A stretch of 32,224 nt of DNA, taken from positions 1-32,224 of the IMG/VR virus record IMGVR_UViG_3300044932_000025, one strand, 5' to 3'. Shown in pieces: positions 8,762 through 15,736 of the stretch. Each line of letters starts with the position of its first letter. Position 1 is the stretch's first letter. Made by a program: the position numbers and the translations under genes. The notes beneath the pieces were generated by a model. It saw only the letters and a program-made list of their open reading frames with translations, was not told where the DNA came from and ran no database searches. Source of the DNA: a virus (taxonomy: Duplodnaviria; Caudoviricetes).

Positions 8762-9012
8762 GCGTCATATGGGCCTTAATCCCGAAGTGGATGAAATACT
8801 CGTTGGCTGCCTTGGTGGCGGCTTTTTTGTTGCCGGCAGCTGGGTATGTGGCCGGGAAACGTGATGGCCGCTCCAACGTCGAAGCCAAAATCGAAAGACA
8901 GAACAATGAAGCGACTGACAAAGCCCTTGGCGCTGTGCTCGATTATGATGAGTGCATTGATGCTGGCGGGGTGTGGACTTTCAGGACCGGCAAATGTGAG
9001 CGGCGTCCGTAG
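8758..9012 (+). CDS. Putative inner-membrane spanin (Rz-like)
   Basis: N-terminal TM helix plus short helical domain; directly after the endolysin; overlaps a lipoprotein gene. Confidence 0.65.
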   Translation: MSVIWALIPKWMKYSLAALVAAFLLPAAGYVAGKRDGRSNVEAKIERQNNEATDKALGAVLDYDECIDAGGVWTFRTGKCERRP

Positions 9013-9169
9013 CCTGCTCGGCACTGACCTGCTCGGCGCTCGTGGAGCAACAGATGCGGATCAACGCAAGATCGACCGGACAATAGTGCGCGGCTGTGCT
9101 GGTGGCGTCTGGTCGAAAGATGAATGCGCAAAGCATGATGAGAAACGCGTGGCGGCTTTTAATGGGTGA
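8906..9169 (+). CDS. Putative outer-membrane spanin lipoprotein (Rz1-like)
   Basis: MKRLTKPLALCSIMMSALMLAGC lipobox, overlapping the Rz-like gene in another frame. Confidence 0.65.
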   Translation: MKRLTKPLALCSIMMSALMLAGCGLSGPANVSGVRSLLGTDLLGARGATDADQRKIDRTIVRGCAGGVWSKDECAKHDEKRVAAFNG

Positions 9170-9462
9170 AGATATCAAATGGCTGATCGGAACGGCGATC
9201 ACGCTAAGCCTTTCTTTTTGGCGGGGCACTTCTGACGGCCTTTCGCTCATTGTCAGCATCAATCAAATCAGGGGACGATCAGTTGCACGAGCGTGTGAAC
9301 CGCGTGCGCGACGAATATGTTCGCCGCGTCGATCTTGACGATCATGTCAGGCAATTACGAGATGGAATGAAAGAAATGCGCGATGAAACCCGCGAAGGCT
9401 TGAAAGAGACGAACAAGCGTCTCGATCAAGTACTCGCCGTTTTGGCGCAGGATAAGAAGTGA
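9162..9462 (+). pseudogene. Lysis-region membrane / coiled-coil protein, frameshifted
   Basis: MGEDIKWLIGTAITLSL joins FGGALLTAFRSLSASIKSGDDQLHERVNRVRDEYVRR via a frameshift in the T-rich tract at about 9211-9218. Confidence 0.65.
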
Positions 9463-9489
9463 AAAGCCCCGCCGAAGCAGGGCAATTCG

Positions 9490-10251
9490 TTATGCTGCCT
9501 GCGGAGCCGGAAGCAGCTTCGGAAGGTATTGAAGGGCTTCGTTGTCGCGACCTTGGAAATAGCTCATTGCCCGGTTTGGCAACCATTCCGAACGGAAGTG
9601 GTTACGCCATGCAGCCAAAAGAGTTTCCGGATAAGCCTTCGCTTGCACGCGTCTGCCATCTTCATACACGTGCCAGTACTTGGGGAGTGCATCCGTATCT
9701 ACGCCCTGATCCCTCAACCATTTGCAGAACATTCGACCGTGAGAGATATCTGGCACCATACTCTCGGGCAAGGTGTATCCCATGGCCTCCATAGGAGCGA
9801 TGAGTGCCATAGTCAGTTCCGTTAGTATGGAAAAATGGCCGACAGGGACGTTCTGCTGATTGGCTACATAGCGGCGAAGATGGTAGGGCATCTCTGCTTT
9901 TCGCGGAGCGCCTTTCCCTGACATCCAGTCGTAAACCCACTTGCTTACCTTAACAGCGAAAGCGGCTGAGAGCCATTGTGCCAAGTGGATGGCAACTTGT
10001 GGATGAACCCACGTGCCTTGCATTCGGGGATCGCCGCCTCTAATTGATTGGACTAGCTCCGTTATCGGAATTCCGATATCGATTGAGAGCGCAGCAAGAA
10101 AGTCAGTAGTATTGCGATTTTCGCGATAGTGGCCAAAGAGCTTATTTGCCGCTTGGCACATCGCCGTGGCGTTAATGTAGCCATCCTTCGGGCGCTGGTA
10201 GATGATTGCTCCCTCGGCTTCGTGAGGGATTAAGTCAAAATGCTGTTGCAT
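9490..10251 (-). CDS. KilA-N domain DNA-binding protein (antirepressor-like)
   Basis: DGYINATAMCQAANK...QGTWVHPQVAIHLAQWLSAAFAVKVSKWV is the KilA-N signature; uncharacterised C-terminal domain. Confidence 0.92.
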   Translation of the reverse strand: MQQHFDLIPHEAEGAIIYQRPKDGYINATAMCQAANKLFGHYRENRNTTDFLAALSIDIGIPITELVQSIRGGDPRMQGTWVHPQVAIHLAQWLSAAFAVKVSKWVYDWMSGKGAPRKAEMPYHLRRYVANQQNVPVGHFSILTELTMALIAPMEAMGYTLPESMVPDISHGRMFCKWLRDQGVDTDALPKYWHVYEDGRRVQAKAYPETLLAAWRNHFRSEWLPNRAMSYFQGRDNEALQYLPKLLPAPQAA

Positions 10252-10302
10252 AAGGATATAATACTTTCTTTATATCAATATGCGGTTGGGGGACGATTGT
10301 CC

Positions 10303-10414
10303 CTTGACAAGATGGGCGTAATACCTATTTAAAGCCCATGTGATCACATACCAACCGCAAAGTTTGGTTTCTGGCCCGGAGAGTGTTAGAGCACTAACCG
10401 GGCCGCTCTGTTTC
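10303..10414 (+). ncRNA. Candidate promoter plus small RNA upstream of, and opposite to, kilA-N
   Basis: CTTGAC-N16-CTATTT at 10303-10330; hairpin GGCCCGG 10373-10379 / CCGGGCC 10398-10404 enclosing GTGTTAGAGCAC. Confidence 0.4.
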
Positions 10415-10660
10415 TGCACAAAGTACAGATTTTCCCTAGGTGGGGTCGCAAAACCTCACGTTCAATAGTCGGAAGACAAATTTTAAGGGAAAAGTAGGGA
10501 ATAATACTACCCTACACCTTTAATATACCACGAATTACTCAAAAAGTCAAATTATGGCCCGTTTTACTCGTCCGGGTCTGTTCCCCTGCGACTTTACTTC
10601 ACGGCCTAACATGCTTTTGAGAGTTATTGCTCCGGGGCACAAAACATTCTACAGAAAGGA

Positions 10661-11056
10661 ATGCTTCAAGTCGTTCTAATAGGTTTAATCGTGGGTTCAG
10701 CTATCGATAACATTAAGGTGGACGAGGCCCTTCTTTCTGAGCACAGGATGGCTGACGCAGATGTCCTTGCAAGTTTGCATCGCAATGGAAACTGTCCTTC
10801 GGTTGTTCGAACAATCGATCTTCGTTTTGTTGGTGTTGAGCCAAGGGTGACGGCGCTTACTTCCAATGCTTCAGGTTTAGGTTTCACGTTTATGCAAACC
10901 GTCGATATGGAAGACGGTGAGGTAGCGGTAGACTTCTCGATTGAAGCCGATACGCATCCGACGACAATCGATAATTTGACGCTGAAAGCTCTGAAAATCG
11001 AACAGTATTACAGTGTGCGCTATGATGGATGGGGTACCGTCGCGACGAAGTGCTAA
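10661..11056 (+). CDS. RraB-like (regulator of ribonuclease activity B fold) protein, moron
   Basis: R-x-IDLRF segment and C-terminal YDGWG motif; hydrophobic N-terminus; SD AAGGA. Confidence 0.6.
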   Translation: MLQVVLIGLIVGSAIDNIKVDEALLSEHRMADADVLASLHRNGNCPSVVRTIDLRFVGVEPRVTALTSNASGLGFTFMQTVDMEDGEVAVDFSIEADTHPTTIDNLTLKALKIEQYYSVRYDGWGTVATKC

Positions 11057-11165
11057 TTGGATATTTCTGCTATTCTGAGCATAGATTTGATATGATTTCC
11101 TCTCCGTGGACCCGCGCTGCCTTTTAGCCTTTTCGTTAGCGTAAATATTTCATATGAAATATTGT

Positions 11166-11612
11166 TCAGTCTCTTTTGCGGTGTCGAACGAAGCTGCATT
11201 TGAAAATGAAAAATACCGCACCAAAGATACACACCACTCCAGAAAAAACCAAAATCGTTAGGCGGAAATAAAACTGCTTCGCATTATCGTTTAAGTTCAC
11301 ATTGAAACCGTCACCAAATCGCGAAGGAACGTGTATATCTCCTGTCTGGAGGGCAAGATACGTGTTACATAAAATCAGCAAGCCACACACGGCTAGGATA
11401 GCCGCACAAAGAATGTCAGCCCAGCGTTTTTCGGGCAGTAAGCTACCAGGGGGCGGCATTAAAAGCTTGGCTATCACGAAGCCCGAAACGACAAGTGCAC
11501 CCGCTAAGCCGGTGCGACCATGCAGGTTTTCAACGTAGGCACCACCAGCGATTAAGATGGCTGCTATGGGAGCGCCAATAAGGTACTTCAATCTAGATGG
11601 CTTGTTCGTCAA
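11166..11612 (-). CDS. Hypothetical integral membrane protein (about 4 TM), moron
   Basis: 148 aa with four hydrophobic segments; AT-rich coding. Confidence 0.7.
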   Translation of the reverse strand: MTNKPSRLKYLIGAPIAAILIAGGAYVENLHGRTGLAGALVVSGFVIAKLLMPPPGSLLPEKRWADILCAAILAVCGLLILCNTYLALQTGDIHVPSRFGDGFNVNLNDNAKQFYFRLTILVFSGVVCIFGAVFFIFKCSFVRHRKRD

Positions 11613-11735
11613 AGCATTTTCCTAGCGCTGGCGCTCAGCTGCGTAAAGATTTCAAAGGTGCGGCGACCGGTCAAGTGCAAAGAACTGCATATTATGGCAG
11701 TTGTTCGGAGACGCGCTTTGTCATAAAGCCTATCC

Positions 11736-11927
11736 ATGATTACAATTTCTTGGTGGGCGGCAATTATTATTTACATGTCGATATATTGGCCGGTTACGAT
11801 ATTGGTAGCTGGTGCAATTGTCGCGACCGCCTTCATGGCAACAAATAGCGTTGGCTGGCGGTTGGCTTGGTCCGCGTTGGCTATCCTAATTGTTGCGCCG
11901 GTGATCTGGTTTTTCACGATTGTATAA
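11736..11927 (+). CDS. Small 2-TM membrane protein, moron
   Basis: 63 aa, highly hydrophobic; ends at the hairpin at 11935-11964. Confidence 0.55.
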   Translation: MITISWWAAIIIYMSIYWPVTILVAGAIVATAFMATNSVGWRLAWSALAILIVAPVIWFFTIV

Positions 11928-12018
11928 AGAAAAAGCCCCGGCACGTCTCCCAACGTCACGGGGCTGCGCACGTGGGCATGACCCGAATTCCTCCACGCGG
12001 CGCGGTAATATTTTATCA
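11928..12018 (-). ncRNA. Candidate two-hairpin sRNA unit 6 with extended -10 promoter
   Basis: Minus strand TGATAAAAT (12018-12010), hairpin 11966-12003, junction CGCA-GCCCCG, terminator 11935-11964 plus U-tract. Confidence 0.5.
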
Positions 12019-12083
12019 AAATGAATTTTCGTTGAAAAGTGTGTTTTTCCGTCCGGATGGCTAATACCGGTCTGTCTTATGGA

Positions 12084-12308
12084 TCAGCGGCGCTTTCTTC
12101 GATTTCGCCATTCTTCCAATGTGCTTCCTCCATAGGCGATATCAGGATCACCCGACTCGGAAGGCTTTAGGTCATCGACAGAAGGATAGACCCGAAAAAT
12201 TCTTCCGGTACCATCTTGCATCTCAATAGGTACGCCATGTCGTTTTGCAGTCTTGGCCATTCTATCGAGGTCGCTTTGGAGCAGCCCGCCTTCTCTTGAT
12301 GCTCTCAT
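12084..12308 (-). CDS. Phage hypothetical protein (xis-adjacent)
   Basis: 74 aa directly downstream of the HTH gene. Confidence 0.6.
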   Translation of the reverse strand: MRASREGGLLQSDLDRMAKTAKRHGVPIEMQDGTGRIFRVYPSVDDLKPSESGDPDIAYGGSTLEEWRNRRKRR

Positions 12309-12317
12309 TGCCGTGAA

Positions 12318-12587
12318 CTACCCTTTTGGCGGTTTGCGCAAGTTCGCCAGTTTCAATCGCTTCAGCGGATCAAGTCGCTCGACGGGCTTCATTTGGGGCT
12401 CAGTCAATGGCAGGGCATCCACCGTTGCTTCTGCCTCAAAGGCTTCGACTGCACTCTGCTTTATACGATACAATTTGCCTCCCAATCGAAAGGCATCCAA
12501 CTGGCCTGTTTTGATCAGGTTTCGTACATGCTTCTCAGAGCATTCCCAGCGCTTGGCCAATGTGGCCGGTGTGAACAAGGCTTCCAT
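12318..12587 (-). CDS. Excisionase-like HTH_17 DNA-binding protein
   Basis: FTPATLAKRWECSEKHVRNLIKTGQLDAFRLGGKLYRI winged-HTH pattern; SD GGAGG; near att. Confidence 0.85.
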   Translation of the reverse strand: MEALFTPATLAKRWECSEKHVRNLIKTGQLDAFRLGGKLYRIKQSAVEAFEAEATVDALPLTEPQMKPVERLDPLKRLKLANLRKPPKG

Positions 12588-12816
12588 GCATCCTCCACCT
12601 GGTTACGGTCTGGATAAGCCGTGGTTATTGTAAGCCTTTGTTTTCCAACGATCCACCCCTAGCAAACGCTAAGTTTTTGCCATGTCAAAATGAAATTATC
12701 TCTCGATTATCTGCAACATGGCCGTGACGGTCACGTTACGTCACGTGACACGAAACGTTTCTGAAACGGTTCCGCGTCTGAAAAGCGTCTCATTCAGACG
12801 GCTTAAGGGTCGGGCT

Positions 12817-12875
12817 GGTGAGTGAACTTACAGCTCTGTGAGTATCAAGTTCTATTTGTGAGTATTTGGTGAGTA
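12817..12875 (+). repeat. Four phased GTGAGT(A) direct repeats, candidate integrase arm sites
   Basis: GTGAGT at 12818, 12838, 12858 and 12869 (spacing 20, 20, 11). Confidence 0.55.
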
Positions 12876-12920
12876 GAAATCACAAGCAGGCGGTGAAGGG
12901 GCGCTAAGTGCTTGATTTTA

Positions 12921-12966
12921 TGGTGCCGCTTAGCAGACTCGAACTGCTGACCCCATCATTACGAAT
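12921..12966 (-). other. att core: 3' half of tRNA-Thr(CGT)
   Basis: Minus strand ATTCGTAATGATGGGGTCAGCAGTTCGAGTCTGCTAAGCGGCACCA contains the anticodon loop, T-arm and CCA; 5' half absent; lies about 160 bp from the integrase. Confidence 0.88.
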
Positions 12967-13082
12967 TAGGTTTGTCGTATTTCTTTAAATTTCCTGAAGT
13001 TTCATATCTATATGAAAAATAATGATAAAATTCGTTATTTCGCCTGCCCTGTTTCTTTCTGTTTCTGCCTGTAATATGGTTT

Positions 13083-13102
13083 GGTGGCTACCCGGTGGCT
13101 AC
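13083..13102 (+). repeat. GGTGGCTAC x2 direct repeat, candidate integrase arm sites
   Basis: 13083-13091 and 13094-13102 (11-bp period), between the att core and the int start. Confidence 0.55.
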
Positions 13103-13127
13103 TGAAAACAAATTGATAAGGTCGGCT

Positions 13128-14411
13128 ATGCCTGTAATTCGTATCAACCAAAAGAACGTTAACTCCATTGTCACACCTGCAAAGAATACGTTCTACTTTG
13201 ATGACAAGCTAGTTGGCTTCGGTTTGAAGATCACTCCTACAGGGGCCCGATCTTGGTTCGTTGAATATCGCCCAGGAGCAGGCGGCCGATCTGTAACGAA
13301 AAAACGTATGCGCATCGGTGGAATGGAACTGTCTCCCGATCAGGCAAGGACCGCTGCGGACAGGCTACTGTCTTCGGTTTCGCTCGGCAGTGACCCTGCA
13401 GCTGATCGTGCAGGGGAACGGGCAGCGATAACGATGAATGATCTGATCGACGAGTTCATGGAGCGACACGTCGAAAAGAAAAGGAAGCCAAATAGCATCG
13501 CTGACTACAGGAGTGTCTTTGAAACGCACGTTCGTCCGGCGATTGGAAACAAAGCCGCTATTAAAATAGCGCGATCGGACATTTCCAAGATGCACGACAA
13601 AGCATCCTTAAAAAAGGAGGGAGAGCGGCGAACAGGTGGTGATTATGTCGCCAATAAAGCCCTTGCCATCACGTCTTCATTGTTTGGGTGGGCATCTACC
13701 GTTGGCCTAGTTCCCGATGGTTTTAATCCAGCTGCGAAGATTGAGAAGTTCAAAGAGGAGTCGCGAGAACGTTTTTTGTCTGGCGATGAACTGGAGCGGC
13801 TTGGCGTAGCCCTGATTGAGGCTGAGACCAGTGGCATCCCTTACAATGTGACCGGGGACAATGAGAAGAGCCGTCACCGAAAGGGTGAGCACACACGGCA
13901 TATTGTCTATAGTGCGCATATAACAGGAGCGATCCGCCTACTGCTGCTTACGGGTTGTCGGCTCCGCGAAATCCTGCATGTGCGCTGGTCGGAGGTCGAT
14001 TTCGAGCGTGGCTTGCTGTTCTTGCCTGATTCAAAAACGGGTAAAAAAACGGTCGTTCTTTCTGAGGCCGCGATTGAAGTTCTTCAATCCATCCCTCGTG
14101 TCGGCGTTTACGTTGTGGCGAGTGAAAGCGCGGGCACGAAAGATGAAAAGCCGCGCCATGACATTAAAAAACCTTGGGCGACAATTTCAGAAAGAGCTGA
14201 TCTGAAAGGATTGCGGATACACGATCTTCGGCACACCTTTGCCTCTGTTGGCGCTGGAGGAGGGCTGGGCCTGCCTGTAATCGGAAAGCTATTGGGGCAT
14301 TCACAGGCGTCAACGACGCAACGCTATGCGCACCTTGACGTCAATCCGGTTCGGCGGGCAGCCGATCTTATCGCGGACAATATCGCCGAAAAACTTCGGA
14401 AGAAGCATTGA
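13128..14411 (+). CDS. int: Tyrosine integrase with N-terminal arm-binding domain
   Basis: GFGLKITPTGARSWFVEYR arm domain; catalytic TGCR, SKTG, HDLRH, LLGH, RYAH; alternative start GTG 13095. Confidence 0.96.
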   Translation: MPVIRINQKNVNSIVTPAKNTFYFDDKLVGFGLKITPTGARSWFVEYRPGAGGRSVTKKRMRIGGMELSPDQARTAADRLLSSVSLGSDPAADRAGERAAITMNDLIDEFMERHVEKKRKPNSIADYRSVFETHVRPAIGNKAAIKIARSDISKMHDKASLKKEGERRTGGDYVANKALAITSSLFGWASTVGLVPDGFNPAAKIEKFKEESRERFLSGDELERLGVALIEAETSGIPYNVTGDNEKSRHRKGEHTRHIVYSAHITGAIRLLLLTGCRLREILHVRWSEVDFERGLLFLPDSKTGKKTVVLSEAAIEVLQSIPRVGVYVVASESAGTKDEKPRHDIKKPWATISERADLKGLRIHDLRHTFASVGAGGGLGLPVIGKLLGHSQASTTQRYAHLDVNPVRRAADLIADNIAEKLRKKH

Positions 14412-14456
14412 GTTTCTTTTTTTTCTACAAAGTTTGATTTTTTTCACATCGAGGTG

Positions 14457-14484
14457 TTGACCGATCTGTCACTCCCGCCACAAT
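14457..14484 (+). promoter_or_regulatory. Candidate early promoter
   Basis: TTGACC-N16-CACAAT preceded by a T-rich UP-like tract, upstream of the AlpA/Xis gene. Confidence 0.4.
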
Positions 14485-14533
14485 GCAAATTGTCAGCCCA
14501 CCAAGCTGATGCACAACCACACGAGGAGATAAA

Positions 14534-14755
14534 ATGAGTAAGAACATTCGCGTTAAAGAAGCTGCCGATTATCTTGGCCTATCGAAGTCAACACTAGACA
14601 AGTTCAGGCATTTCGGAACAGGGCCTCGGTTCTTCAAGCTGGGCCGCTCGGTCATTTACGATGTGGATGACTTGGACGCATGGCGCAATGAGCGCGCTGC
14701 AACATCTACTTGGCAAGCGGCGAACCAGAATTCTGCAGCGAGGGTGGCAGCATGA
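14534..14755 (+). CDS. AlpA / excisionase-family HTH protein
   Basis: EAADYLGLSKSTLDKFRHFGTGPRFFKLGRSVIYDVDDLDAW; SD GAGGAG. Confidence 0.9.
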   Translation: MSKNIRVKEAADYLGLSKSTLDKFRHFGTGPRFFKLGRSVIYDVDDLDAWRNERAATSTWQAANQNSAARVAA

Positions 14756-15144
14756 ATCCGCGTCGCGTAGAATTCCTGCGGGATAAGGCCATGGTTTATG
14801 CCATCGCTGAAATTCAAAATCGCAAATCTGATCGCAAGCCTATGTCGGACATGATTGGAATGATCGATGTCCTGAAATCAGAAGTGCGGCCGGAATACTT
14901 GGCATTGCTTGTTTTCCAGTTTGAGCAGGAAACTGGAAATGTCGTCGATATTTTCCCCGAATGGGATGAAAGCGACGAACACACCGAGGGCGATATCGAG
15001 TACGGTGCCCGATTTGATACATCGCTGGCGGAATTCCGTGCATCATACATTCGCAGCAAAGAGCTTGCGGAAGCTGGCGCATTCAACGGAAGTAATGTGA
15101 TCGATTTTGCCGCCTATAAGCGGCGACGTGAACTAGCCGCTTAA
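14752..15144 (+). CDS. Phage hypothetical protein
   Basis: ATGA overlap with the upstream stop; acidic 130-aa ORF. Confidence 0.7.
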   Translation: MNPRRVEFLRDKAMVYAIAEIQNRKSDRKPMSDMIGMIDVLKSEVRPEYLALLVFQFEQETGNVVDIFPEWDESDEHTEGDIEYGARFDTSLAEFRASYIRSKELAEAGAFNGSNVIDFAAYKRRRELAA

Positions 15145-15221
15145 TTTCCCTACCACCACCAACCACAACCACCATGCGCGATCCGCGCCACGGATTCGCG
15201 CGCCTATACGAGGAGAATTTT

Positions 15222-15473
15222 ATGAACCAGCAAGCGCCTTATCATCCTGAGTTGCAATGTTTCGTTTCCAGAATTGGTTACGATTTTAGCGTGCATGTGG
15301 GCCAAGTCTTGATGAGTGATGGCGGATGTACCGACATGTCGGGGTGCATTGAATTTTTCAAAAGGATTGATTCAGAGGTCAACACCATCCGGACGTATTC
15401 TGACAGCGAGCCAGACACTCTGTACTTCGTCCGCAACGGAGAATGGCACGCTGTGCAAGGTGGGGCAGAATGA
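15222..15473 (+). CDS. Phage hypothetical protein
   Basis: SD GAGGAG before ATG 15222; GCTDMSGCIEFFKRID. Confidence 0.7.
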   Translation: MNQQAPYHPELQCFVSRIGYDFSVHVGQVLMSDGGCTDMSGCIEFFKRIDSEVNTIRTYSDSEPDTLYFVRNGEWHAVQGGAE

Positions 15474-15736
15474 TGAATCTGAAAATCATATCGATACGGC
15501 CGGTCCCGAAAGGGTCCGGCAAGACCATCGCACGCTTTGATCTGGAATTGGATGGCAGCATGCGGGTCTACGGCCTCGTACTTCGAGAGTACCCAGACGG
15601 CGTTAGAACCATTGCTGGTCCTCAAAGTGAAGGCCGTCGCTTTGCAACGTTCATTCCAGAAGTCGCAGAGAAAATCACCAAGTTAGCTTCCAACGCTTAT
15701 GAGGGCACAAATGCCTATGTCAGCATCGCTTCCTAA
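15470..15736 (+). CDS. Small protein, possibly a SpoVG-like nucleic-acid-binding fold
   Basis: ATGA-coupled; KTIARFDLELDGSMRVYGLVLRE beta pattern; just upstream of the primase. Confidence 0.55.
   Translation: MMNLKIISIRPVPKGSGKTIARFDLELDGSMRVYGLVLREYPDGVRTIAGPQSEGRRFATFIPEVAEKITKLASNAYEGTNAYVSIAS

Larger units (their letters stand above)
1916..12920 (+). mobile_element. Defective prophage remnant (tail tip, fibre, lysis, moron and xis end)
   Basis: Tail, fibre, endolysin, spanin, KilA-N and xis-like genes with several frameshifts, a stop and truncations; bounded by the IR element and the tRNA-Thr att core. Confidence 0.85.

Noticed and set aside
12921-12966. Functional tRNA-Thr gene
   Set aside because: The D-arm and 5' acceptor strand are missing; treated as the att core.
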